Of a stretch of 64,000 bases of DNA, positions 29,390-38,130 are shown in pieces. The notes beneath the pieces were generated by a model. It was not told the origin of the DNA, made no database searches, and was given only the letters and a program-made list of their open reading frames with translations. The stretch's first letter is position 1. Each line of letters begins with the position of its first letter. The stretch comes from an uncultured Acidobacteriota bacterium. GTDB taxonomy: Bacteria; Acidobacteriota; Thermoanaerobaculia; Gp7-AA8. A program made the position numbers and the translations under genes. Where the stretch lies: contig CAWGHO010000002.1 in the NCBI GenBank assembly GCA_963822445.1, positions 1,440,001 to 1,504,000 of the forward strand, read 5' to 3'.

Positions 29390-30222
29390 CTCACCCGGCA
29401 CTCGCGCGGCGGCGGTTCGTGGAGATCGCCGAGCGGCCTGAGCCATTGCTCGACCTCGTCGAGGCCTCGCTGGTGATCGCTCTCGAAGAGAACCCGGCCC
29501 TCGACATCGCCCAGCACCTCGACAACGTTGCCGGCTGGAGCGAGTGCGTTCGCGGGCGGCTGGAAGGGTCGCGAGAGATCGAGCGGATCGTCGAGACCAT
29601 CAACGCCGTGCTGTTCGACGAGGAGGGCTTCCACGGCGAGGACGAGGATTACTTCGATCCGCGCAGTGCACTGCTCAGCGAAGCCCTCGAACGCCACGCC
29701 GGCCTGCCGATCACGTTGTCCGTTCTCTACATCGAGCTCTCGCGGCGGATGGGCATCGAGGCCACGGGCGTGTCCCTGCCGGGCCGGTTTCTGGTGAAGT
29801 TCACCGGACCCTTCGGAACGATCGTCGTCGACCCGTTCGACGGCGGACGCGTGCTGACCACGCCGGAGCTGCAGAAGCTCCTCGATGCGATGTACGGCGG
29901 TGGCGTGCGGCTTCGCGAACATCACCTTCGCTCGTTCGGCCCGAAGGAGATCCTCGCCCGCGAGCTGGCCCAGCTCAAGGCCGCGTATCTCGCGCAGCAC
30001 GATCTGCCGCGGGCCGCGGCGTCGATCGATCGCCTGCTCATCCTCGACGATCGCGATGCCTGGGAAGTGAAGGATCGCGCCGCGGTGGCGATGCAGATGC
30101 ACGCGTACCGGCAGGCCATCGAGCTGTTCGAGCGCTATCTCACGCTGATGCCCTCCGCCGAGGATCGATTGCGCGTGCGGGAGCAGGTCGGCTATCTCAG
30201 AGCGTGGCTCGACCAGAATTGA
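29368..30222 (+). CDS. SirB1/YchA-like transglutaminase-like TPR protein
   Basis: GFHG..DYFDP, GLPITLSVLY, GVSLPGRFL, DPFDGG. Confidence 0.85.
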   Translation: MERGRVLTHPALARRRFVEIAERPEPLLDLVEASLVIALEENPALDIAQHLDNVAGWSECVRGRLEGSREIERIVETINAVLFDEEGFHGEDEDYFDPRSALLSEALERHAGLPITLSVLYIELSRRMGIEATGVSLPGRFLVKFTGPFGTIVVDPFDGGRVLTTPELQKLLDAMYGGGVRLREHHLRSFGPKEILARELAQLKAAYLAQHDLPRAAASIDRLLILDDRDAWEVKDRAAVAMQMHAYRQAIELFERYLTLMPSAEDRLRVREQVGYLRAWLDQN

Positions 30223-30247
30223 CCCTCTGGTAACATCTGCCACTCCC

Positions 30248-30967
30248 GTGATTACCGGCTTCAACACCGACATCAAGCACAACGAGAAGGTCTACCACGT
30301 CCAGACCGAGGACAAAGGTATGGCCAACCCGTACATCGAGTCGCTCGTGTATGTCGGCGGCGAGATCCTGGCGTCGAAGAAGACCTCGTACGCGGAGCAG
30401 CTCAAGACCGGCGTCGATGAGAAATGGATCGGCGGTCTGATGGAGCAGCAGCACCGCACGATGATCGCGGCCATCAAGCGCGGCCGCTTCGATGCGCCGG
30501 CCGACACGACCAAGAACATCCCCCGCCCCACGACGACCCCAACGCTGGCCGCCGACGCCTCGGCGCTGCTCAACACCGGAGAGCGCGCCGCGCTGGTCAT
30601 CGACGATGAGAAGACGCTCGATCAGGTGATCATCGACTACCTCGCTTCCGAGGCGGAGAGCGAGCATCTTGAGCTGTCGCTGATCGATACGATCGATTTC
30701 TTCGCCGGAAATCCGATCGAGCTGCGCGTCGCCGCGCGCAAAAGCCTTTCCCAGTCGCCCATCCCCGCGGCCGCGATCGAAGTCAAAGTGATCTCGACCG
30801 TCGAGCCGCCGCGGGTCATCTTCCGCGGCAAGACCGCCGCCGACGGCACGACCGTCGTCCGCTGCACCATCCCCTCGTTCCGCGAAGGCACCGCCGCCGT
30901 GATCATCTCGGCGCAGAGCCCGATCGGGAACGATGAGGTGAAGCAGCTGGTGAAGCGTAAAAAGTAG
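30248..30967 (+). CDS. Hypothetical protein
   Basis: Strong coding bias; N-terminal GFNTDIKH..YHVQTED domain and beta-rich C-terminal domain. Confidence 0.75.
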   Translation: MITGFNTDIKHNEKVYHVQTEDKGMANPYIESLVYVGGEILASKKTSYAEQLKTGVDEKWIGGLMEQQHRTMIAAIKRGRFDAPADTTKNIPRPTTTPTLAADASALLNTGERAALVIDDEKTLDQVIIDYLASEAESEHLELSLIDTIDFFAGNPIELRVAARKSLSQSPIPAAAIEVKVISTVEPPRVIFRGKTAADGTTVVRCTIPSFREGTAAVIISAQSPIGNDEVKQLVKRKK

Positions 30968-31095
30968 GCAGTACGCGGCTTCGCCGCTCGCGGTAGGCAG
31001 TAGGCAGGAGGCCGCCACCCGACCACGAATGTGCTGGGCCATCGTTCCCCTGCGAGGCGCGAAGCGCCGTACCGCCTACTGCCTACCGCCTACTG
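30963..31095. repeat. Inverted array of GTAGGCA/G heptamers with embedded hairpins, family C
   Basis: Left arm nearly identical to the reverse complement of 55742-55786; right arm (CGCCTAC/TGCCTAC)n. Confidence 0.85.
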
Positions 31096-31130
31096 GTTCC
31101 GCTGGCAGCCTTCTTTCATAGTGCCCGCCT

Positions 31131-33542
31131 GTGTTCCGCCTGAAGTCTGTTCGTGCCCTCGCGCTGCTGGCCGGCATGGCGGCGGTGATTTACGTCGTCA
31201 TCAGCCTTTACCTTCCCTCCTCCCGCCGCCTGATCTTCGGCGTCGACAAGAGCAGCGGCAAGGTCCGGCTGGTCCGCAACACCGTCACTTTTCTCCCGCC
31301 CCATCAGTTCTATCGCCTGCCCTTCGAAAAACGCGAGGGCGCAGCCCAGCACGACGGGCTGGTGCGGATCTACTCCAAAGAGCGCGTCCCCATCACCATC
31401 TACTACCGCCTGCGCTTCATCCTGCCCGGCGAGAAGATTCCTGACGCGCGCACGCTCGTCCGCGAGGGCTGGAGCGCCTGGATCCGCACGCGCGTCGGCG
31501 AGGCCGTTTCCGCGGTCACCCAGCAGGTTCCCCTCGAAGAGCTCGTATCGCCGACCTCCCAGTTTTCCACGCGGCGCGATTCGCTGCGGCAAGTCGTTGC
31601 TCGCCATCTGACGCGCAGCGGACTGCAGGTCACCGGCTTCGCCATCTCCCGCATCGAGCCCGATCGCCGCGTTCTCCTCGATTACAAACGCGCCGAGTTA
31701 CGCCGCGGTGCGCGCGGCGTTGCCGGTCGAGTGGCCGTCTTCGCGATCGACGGCGCGGACTGGGAGCTGCTTTCCGAGCTCGCCAACGACGGACGCATCC
31801 CGAACATCAAAGCGCTCGTGCAGGGCGGCACGACCGCGTCCCTGCAGACCATTCAGCCGACCGTTTCCCCGCTCGTCTGGACGACCGCGGCCACAGGTTT
31901 GCCGCCCGATCGCCACGGCGTGATCGACTTCATCGATCGCGGCCGCAATCGGCCCGTCGATTCCTTCACGCGGCGCTCGCCGGCGGTGTGGGACGTGGCC
32001 GAAGCGTTCGGACGGCATGCACAGGTCGTGAACTGGTGGACGGCCTGGCCGCCGTTGCCCGGCACCTCCGTGACCTACGGGACGCCGGTCGAACAGATGA
32101 CGAACGCGATCTCGCCGGCGGAGCTGACGGCGCGCGTGGCGAAGCTCGACGTCCCCATTTCCACGGTGCAGTACGCGCAGGTCGGCCGCTTCCTGAACAT
32201 CACCGGACGCGAGTACGAGGAAGCGGTCAACGGCGGCGGCGCGACGCATCCCGTCAACGTCTTCCGCAAGCTCCTCGCGAAAACGTGGACCGACCACCGC
32301 ATCGCCCTCAGTCTTTATCAGCAGCAGGAGCCGCTGCTTCTGATGATGCATTACGACGGTCCGGACACCGTCAACCACCTCTTCGCGCCGTATCACCCGC
32401 CGTACCGCGAGGGCATCAGTCAGGAGAACTACCGCCGCTACTGGCCGACGGTCGCGAATTACTACTCCGAAGTGGACCGCCTGATCGGCGAGTGGATGCG
32501 CGTGCTCTCCGATGACACGACAGTGATCATCGTTTCCGCGCACGGGTTCCGCTGGGGCAAGACCCGCCCGCGCATGCAGCCGGTCGGCCGCAGCGCGCTG
32601 TCCGATCATCGCAATCCCGGTGTCTTCATCGCCTACGGCAATCACGTCATGCCGAACCGCGGCAATCACACGATGTCGATCTACGACCTCGTCCCCTCGA
32701 TTCTGGCCATCCTCGGACTGCCGCCGTCGACGGAGATGCCCGGGCAACTGCCGCCGTGGATCTTCCGCGACATCAGCGCGGTCGGCTCGGTGCGCGTCGT
32801 GAGCTACGACGAGTTCTTCGCCGGAAGGGGAATCGCCGGCGGCGGCCTCAATCTGCAGCGCTACACGAAAGACCTGCAGGCCATCGGACACCTCACCGAT
32901 CCGAAAGCGATGCAGCCCATCTTCGAGGACGGCGACGCCCCGAACGTGACGGCGGCGCAGCCGAACATGGCGAACTGGGGGCCGTACGCGCATTTCAACA
33001 ACCAGGGCATCGAGCTGCGCAAACAGGGAAAGCTGAAGGAAGCGACGGAGTCGTTCCAGTCGGCGATCGATCTCAATCCGACCCGTCCCACGCCGTACCT
33101 GAACATGGCCATGACCCTGTTCGACCGGCAGCAGTACACCGCCGCGGACGAGGTGTTCGTCATGGCCGTGGCCCGCGGTCTGCCGAATGCCGATCGCTGG
33201 TTCGCCGACTTTGCCGCGCTTTACCGCTCGCGCAACATGACCTCGCGCGCGATCGGGATTCTGTACAAGGGCAAGCAGATCTTTCCGCAGTCCTACGTGA
33301 TCGCGGCGAATCTCGGCTCCGCGCTGATGCAGGCCGAGCGCTACACGGAAGGCTTGCCGGAGCTGGAGCGCGCTCTGGGCCTGCAGCCGTCGTCGACGCT
33401 GGTCCTGAACAACCTCGGCATCTTCTACACGAAGCAGAAGGACTACGCGCGTGCGCTCGACTTCTGGAACCGGTCGCTGACGATCGATCCGCGGCAGGGG
33501 CAGATTCGTGCCGCCGCGGACGCGGCCCGAACGCAGTTGTAG
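31131..33542 (+). CDS. Membrane-anchored alkaline phosphatase/phosphodiesterase-superfamily protein with SPFH-like N-domain and C-terminal TPRs
   Basis: N-terminal TM; AIDGADW, PTVSPLVWTT.ATG, D..NH, VSAHG; TPR helices. Confidence 0.78.
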   Translation: MFRLKSVRALALLAGMAAVIYVVISLYLPSSRRLIFGVDKSSGKVRLVRNTVTFLPPHQFYRLPFEKREGAAQHDGLVRIYSKERVPITIYYRLRFILPGEKIPDARTLVREGWSAWIRTRVGEAVSAVTQQVPLEELVSPTSQFSTRRDSLRQVVARHLTRSGLQVTGFAISRIEPDRRVLLDYKRAELRRGARGVAGRVAVFAIDGADWELLSELANDGRIPNIKALVQGGTTASLQTIQPTVSPLVWTTAATGLPPDRHGVIDFIDRGRNRPVDSFTRRSPAVWDVAEAFGRHAQVVNWWTAWPPLPGTSVTYGTPVEQMTNAISPAELTARVAKLDVPISTVQYAQVGRFLNITGREYEEAVNGGGATHPVNVFRKLLAKTWTDHRIALSLYQQQEPLLLMMHYDGPDTVNHLFAPYHPPYREGISQENYRRYWPTVANYYSEVDRLIGEWMRVLSDDTTVIIVSAHGFRWGKTRPRMQPVGRSALSDHRNPGVFIAYGNHVMPNRGNHTMSIYDLVPSILAILGLPPSTEMPGQLPPWIFRDISAVGSVRVVSYDEFFAGRGIAGGGLNLQRYTKDLQAIGHLTDPKAMQPIFEDGDAPNVTAAQPNMANWGPYAHFNNQGIELRKQGKLKEATESFQSAIDLNPTRPTPYLNMAMTLFDRQQYTAADEVFVMAVARGLPNADRWFADFAALYRSRNMTSRAIGILYKGKQIFPQSYVIAANLGSALMQAERYTEGLPELERALGLQPSSTLVLNNLGIFYTKQKDYARALDFWNRSLTIDPRQGQIRAAADAARTQL

Positions 33543-33634
33543 TGGAGTGCGGTGGCTCTGCCGCCGCTTTCTCACGCCGCGAGAGCGGCGGCTCCGCCGC
33601 CATGCCAAAGCGGCAGCAGAGCTGCCGCACTCCA
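33543..33634. repeat. REP-like palindrome, family B (copy 2)
   Basis: Same arms as 20885-20973, different central loop. Confidence 0.9.
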
Positions 33635-33635
33635 C

Positions 33636-33692
33636 TTGACCTCCGCCCCCCATCCTCACTAAACTCCCTTTCGCTACTGAGACTCAGTCTCA
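33636..33692 (+). promoter_or_regulatory. Putative sigma70 promoter and Fur-like operator
   Basis: TTGACC-18 nt-TAAACT followed by perfect 7-1-7 palindrome TGAGACT-C-AGTCTCA (33678-33692). Confidence 0.7.
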
Positions 33693-33709
33693 ACTGCAAC
33701 GAAAGCGAT

Positions 33710-34210
33710 ATGCCACAACTCGAACGGGAGATCGGACGGTTCCAGGACTTCCTACTGCGGCAGGGGCTCAAGCTCACCACCGAGCGGTCGGCCCTCGTGC
33801 GCGAGATCTTCTCCATCCACTACCACTTCGAGGCCGACGAGCTGCTCTTCAAGATGAAGCAGAAGGGCCTGAAGATCTCGCGGGCCACGGTCTACCGCAC
33901 CCTCGAGCTCCTGGTGAAGTCGGGGATGGTCCGCCGCGTCCACCTCGGCGAAGAGCACTACCACTACGAGCACGTCACCGGAAACTCGCACCACGATCAC
34001 CTGATCTGCACGACCTGCGGCGGCGTGATCGAGTTTCACGACGAATTGCTCGAGCAGCGTCAGCGCGACATCTGCGAGAAGAAGAAGTTCACCCCCACCT
34101 TTCACAACCTTCAGATCCTCGGCGTCTGCGACTCCTGCACGCGCAAGGGAGAACGCCCCGTGACGCCCGATCGCGTCTCCATGATCAGCGCCACCCGATT
34201 GAGGAAATAA
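33710..34210 (+). CDS. fur: Fur family transcriptional repressor
   Basis: ISRATVYRTL, HHDHLICTTC, C-terminal CDSC. Confidence 0.92.
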   Translation: MPQLEREIGRFQDFLLRQGLKLTTERSALVREIFSIHYHFEADELLFKMKQKGLKISRATVYRTLELLVKSGMVRRVHLGEEHYHYEHVTGNSHHDHLICTTCGGVIEFHDELLEQRQRDICEKKKFTPTFHNLQILGVCDSCTRKGERPVTPDRVSMISATRLRK

Positions 34211-34213
34211 CGG

Positions 34214-34981
34214 ATGCTCCAGGCTCTCATCATCGTCTTCCGCGAAGGGTTCGAGTCGTTTCTGACCGTCGCGATCATCTTCGCGTACCTCAAGAAGACC
34301 GGCCGTGACTGGCTGCGTCCCGCGGTGTGGTGGGGCATCGGCATGTCGATCGTCGCCAGCGCGCTCCTCGGCTGGTGGCTGCAGCGCGTGAATCAGCCGC
34401 TCTGGGAAGGCGTCCTCGCTCTCGTGGCCGCGGTGCTGGTGGCGAGCTTCGTCATTCACATCTGGCGCGTCGCGCCGCAGATGAAACGGGAGATGGAGCA
34501 GAAGCTCGAAGTGCAGGCCTCGAAAGGCTCAACGCCCTTGGCGTGGCTGGGCGTCTTCGTGTTTACCCTGCTGATGATCACGCGCGAGGGGATGGAGACC
34601 GCGCTGATGCTCATCCAGGTCGGCAACATGCCGCGCTTCTGGCTCGGTTGCGCACTCGGCCTCGCCGCCGCGGCGTCAATGTCCTGGCTCTGGGCGCATT
34701 ACGGCCATCGCATCAACGTGAAACGCTTCTTCCAGGTCACCGGTCTCTTCCTGCTCCTCTTCACGGTGCAGATCCTCTTCTACGCGATTCATGAGTTTTC
34801 CGAGGCGGAGATCCTTCCGAACTGGGAAGCGATTCACACCGCGACCGAGCCGTACACGCCGGATGGCCCGTACGGGCTGTGGATCATGTTCGGAATGGTT
34901 GCGATCTGTGCCGCCTGGCTCGCAGGCGTCACCGCGCTGGATCGGATGAGAAACCAGCGAAGACTCATCGAGCAGCCATGA
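34214..34981 (+). CDS. FTR1/EfeU family iron permease
   Basis: Two RExxE motifs (REGFE, REGME); multiple TM helices. Confidence 0.92.
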   Translation: MLQALIIVFREGFESFLTVAIIFAYLKKTGRDWLRPAVWWGIGMSIVASALLGWWLQRVNQPLWEGVLALVAAVLVASFVIHIWRVAPQMKREMEQKLEVQASKGSTPLAWLGVFVFTLLMITREGMETALMLIQVGNMPRFWLGCALGLAAAASMSWLWAHYGHRINVKRFFQVTGLFLLLFTVQILFYAIHEFSEAEILPNWEAIHTATEPYTPDGPYGLWIMFGMVAICAAWLAGVTALDRMRNQRRLIEQP

Positions 34982-35745
34982 ACCCCGCGGCGATCCTCAT
35001 CGCCGCCACGCTCGCGCGCTACCTCATGGGGACGGTGTGCGAGATCGAGGCGGAGAAACCGGAGCAGATCGAGATCGCGTTCGCGGAAGCGAAGCGGGTC
35101 GAAGCGATGCTCAGCACGTGGACGGATGAGAGCGAGCTGTCACGTGTGAACCATGGCGCAGTTCCCTCGCCGGAGTTGCGGGCGCTGCTCGATACGACGC
35201 TCGATTGGGCGACGCGCACCGATCGTGCGTTCGATCCGCGAATTGCACACTTGCTGGAACGAACGCGCGATAAAACGAGTGAGGAAAGTTTCGAAGAAGG
35301 CGCATTCGGCAAGGGCTACGCGCTCGACCGCATGCTCGTCCTCCTCGACGGCGAAGCCCTGATCAACTTCGGCGGCCAGATCATCGTTCGCGGCAAACGC
35401 GACGTCAGCGTGGCCGATCCCTCCGATCGCGACCATCCCGTGCTCGCGCTCACCCTCGCCGACGCGTCGCTTTCGACGAGCGCCGGCGGCCACATCCTCG
35501 ATCCCCGCACCGGCCAGTCGCTGCCAGGTCGCGGATCCGTTTCTGTCATCGCGAAGGACGCGCTCACCGCGGACATCCTCTCCACTGCCCTCTACGTGAT
35601 GGGCAAGAACGAAGGTCTCCGCTGGGCGGCCGCTCACGACGTCGCCGCGATTTTCATCGACACGAACAACACCATCCGGTTGTCGCCCGCCGCTCGGAAG
35701 CTCGACGTGGCGGTGCTCGACCGAGACTTTTCAATCAAGGACTGA
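34978..35745 (+). CDS. apbE: FAD:protein FMN transferase (ApbE family, shortened)
   Basis: MGT, SELSRVN, KGYALD, HILDPRTG, ADILSTALYVMG. Confidence 0.85.
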   Translation: MNPAAILIAATLARYLMGTVCEIEAEKPEQIEIAFAEAKRVEAMLSTWTDESELSRVNHGAVPSPELRALLDTTLDWATRTDRAFDPRIAHLLERTRDKTSEESFEEGAFGKGYALDRMLVLLDGEALINFGGQIIVRGKRDVSVADPSDRDHPVLALTLADASLSTSAGGHILDPRTGQSLPGRGSVSVIAKDALTADILSTALYVMGKNEGLRWAAAHDVAAIFIDTNNTIRLSPAARKLDVAVLDRDFSIKD

Positions 35746-35747
35746 CG

Positions 35748-37082
35748 ATGTTGAAACGACTCACAATCATCACCCTCGCTCTCGTGCTCTCCACGAGCGC
35801 ATTCGCCCAGGACGCATCCGATCTCGAGCGCCGCCTCCGCGCGCTGGAAGAGAAGATCGCCGGCATGCAGCAGACTCCGGACCTCGCCGAGATCCGCCGC
35901 CAGATCGAGATCCTCGGCCAGGAAATCGAGGCCCTCAAGACCCCCGCAGCGCAGCAGGCAACCGTCTCCGCCGACGCGGAGCAGTACGGACTCGGCGCCG
36001 CCGCCTCGAAGGTCTATCGCGTCGATCACGGCCTCTCGTTCGGCGGCTACGGCGAGATGCTCTACGAGAACTACGCCGGCACGATCGACTCCGGCGCGCG
36101 CGCAACCACGCGCGACCAGTTCGACATGCTCCGCGGCATTCTCTACACCGGCTACAAGTACAACGACAAAGTCATCTTCAACTCCGAAATCGAGTACGAG
36201 CATGGCTCGACCGGTTCGGGTGGCGAGGTCTCCGTCGAGTTCGCGTATCTCGACTTCCTCGCGCGTCCGCAGCTCGGTGTGCGCACCGGTCTCGTGCTCA
36301 TTCCGATGGGACTCCTGAACGAGCTCCACGAGCCGACCGCGTACCTCGGCGCGAAGCGTCCGGTCACCGAGAACGCGATCATTCCGTCGACCTGGCGCGA
36401 AATGGGCGCGGGCGTCTTCGGCGAGATGGGGCAGTTCAGCTGGCGCGGCTACGTCGTGAACAGCCTGAACGGCCGCAACTTCACCGCGGGCGGGGTGCGC
36501 GGCGGACGGCAGAAGGGTGCCCGCGCGCTCGCCGAAGATCTGGCGTTCACCGGTCGCGTGGATTGGCAGCCGCTCGTCGGCACGACCGTCGGCGCGTCGT
36601 TCTTCAGCGGCAACACCGGCCAGAGCAATCTGGTGAACAACACCGTCGTCGACGCGCGTTACACGGTTTACGACGTCCACGCCGATGCGCGTTTTCGCGG
36701 CGTGATCCTGCGCGGGCTCTGGTCGCGCGGATCGCTCGATGACGCGGCGGAGCTGAACGTACTGAACGGCCTGACCGGCAATCGCTCGGTCGGAAAGACG
36801 ATGGGCGGCTGGTACGCGGAAGCGGGCTACGACCTCTCCTCGCTGCTGCCGTTCGGCGAGACGTCCTTCACGCCGTATGCGCGATACGAGCAGGTCGACA
36901 CGCAGCGCACGGTTCCGGCGGGCTTCCTCCGCAATCCCGCGAACGAGCAGACGATCTTCACCTACGGCCTGCAGTTCAAGCCGCTCCCTCAGACGGTGTT
37001 CAAGGTCGACTATCAGAACGTCGACAACGAGGCGGGAACGGGCCTCGATCAATGGAACCTCGGCATCGGCTACATCTTCTGA
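35748..37082 (+). CDS. Outer membrane beta-barrel/porin with N-terminal coiled coil
   Basis: Signal peptide; FGGYGE, EIEYEH, VEFAYLD; terminal LGIGYIF beta-signal. Confidence 0.82.
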   Translation: MLKRLTIITLALVLSTSAFAQDASDLERRLRALEEKIAGMQQTPDLAEIRRQIEILGQEIEALKTPAAQQATVSADAEQYGLGAAASKVYRVDHGLSFGGYGEMLYENYAGTIDSGARATTRDQFDMLRGILYTGYKYNDKVIFNSEIEYEHGSTGSGGEVSVEFAYLDFLARPQLGVRTGLVLIPMGLLNELHEPTAYLGAKRPVTENAIIPSTWREMGAGVFGEMGQFSWRGYVVNSLNGRNFTAGGVRGGRQKGARALAEDLAFTGRVDWQPLVGTTVGASFFSGNTGQSNLVNNTVVDARYTVYDVHADARFRGVILRGLWSRGSLDDAAELNVLNGLTGNRSVGKTMGGWYAEAGYDLSSLLPFGETSFTPYARYEQVDTQRTVPAGFLRNPANEQTIFTYGLQFKPLPQTVFKVDYQNVDNEAGTGLDQWNLGIGYIF

Positions 37083-37126
37083 GCGGGCACGGCCCGCTGC
37101 GTAGGTTTCTGCGCCTTGCGGCACAG

Positions 37127-37708
37127 GTGCTCGAGGTGTCCGGATCGCGGCTTCGAGCGGCGCAACGCGCCTGGCATCGTGGCCTCCGGACCGGTTTTCT
37201 GATCGCGATTTTCGCGATTGCGGCGGCGGCGCACGCGCGCGTCTTCATGACGCAGAAGCAGGCGCTCGCCTCCGCGTTCCCGGCGGGGACGGTCGTCACC
37301 CGCCAGGCCATTTTTCTCAAGCCCGCGCAACTCGACGCCGCTCGCAAACAGAGCGGCGTCGAGTTCAAGGACCAGTTGATCGTCCGCTACACCGGCACCT
37401 CCAACGGCCGCGTCGCCGGTTACGCCTACTTCGATACGCACCTGGTGCGCACGCTCCAGGAAACGGTGATGGTCGTGGTCACGCCGGAAGGAAAGGTCGA
37501 TCGCATCGACATCCTCTCCTTCAACGAGCCGCAGGACTATCTGCCGAAAGAACGCTGGATGGATCAGTTCGAAGGCAGGAAGCTCGATGACGATCTCTCG
37601 CTCAAGCGCTCCATCCGCCCAATCTCCGGCGCGAGCTTGAGCGGCCGCGCGATCGTCAACGCATCGCGCAAAGTACTGGCGCTGCATCACGTCATCGGAA
37701 CGAAATGA
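37127..37708 (+). CDS. Periplasmic FMN-binding domain protein (start uncertain)
   Basis: AHA signal cleavage site; W..QF.G and ISGASLS flavinylation-type motif. Confidence 0.8.
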   Translation: MLEVSGSRLRAAQRAWHRGLRTGFLIAIFAIAAAAHARVFMTQKQALASAFPAGTVVTRQAIFLKPAQLDAARKQSGVEFKDQLIVRYTGTSNGRVAGYAYFDTHLVRTLQETVMVVVTPEGKVDRIDILSFNEPQDYLPKERWMDQFEGRKLDDDLSLKRSIRPISGASLSGRAIVNASRKVLALHHVIGTK

Positions 37709-38130
37709 GCCGCCTCCAACTGGCCTGGCTGCACCTGTCGCTCGGCCTGACCGCGCTCACAGGAATCGTGTTCGCGGCGATGAAGTACCTGCTCGAAAGC
37801 AAGGACGAGTTCGCGGTCGCCAATCATCCGCTCCAGCCGTTCATGCTCAGCGCGCACGTGGTCATCGCGCCCATCGCCCTCTTCATCCTCGGCTGGACGT
37901 TCTCGAATCACATGCTTCCCAAGCACCGCTTCGGCGACGACACAGGTCGCAAAAGCGGCACCGGCGCGATGTGGCTGATCGTGCCGATGACCCTCAGCGG
38001 CTATCTGCTGCAGGTGTCAGTGGATGAGACGCTGCGGCAGGCGATAGCGGTCGCCCACTGGATCAGCTCGGGATTGTTCGTGATCGCGTACGTCGTGCAT
38101 TTACTGAAGCGAACGGATCAATCGATCTAA
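37705..38130 (+). CDS. Four-TM His-containing membrane protein, possible cytochrome b
   Basis: Four hydrophobic helices with His in or next to each. Confidence 0.65.
   Translation: MSRLQLAWLHLSLGLTALTGIVFAAMKYLLESKDEFAVANHPLQPFMLSAHVVIAPIALFILGWTFSNHMLPKHRFGDDTGRKSGTGAMWLIVPMTLSGYLLQVSVDETLRQAIAVAHWISSGLFVIAYVVHLLKRTDQSI

Noticed and set aside
32756-33709. Long N-terminal extension of Fur
   Set aside because: Runs out of frame through the upstream gene, a REP and the promoter; Fur homology starts at 33710.
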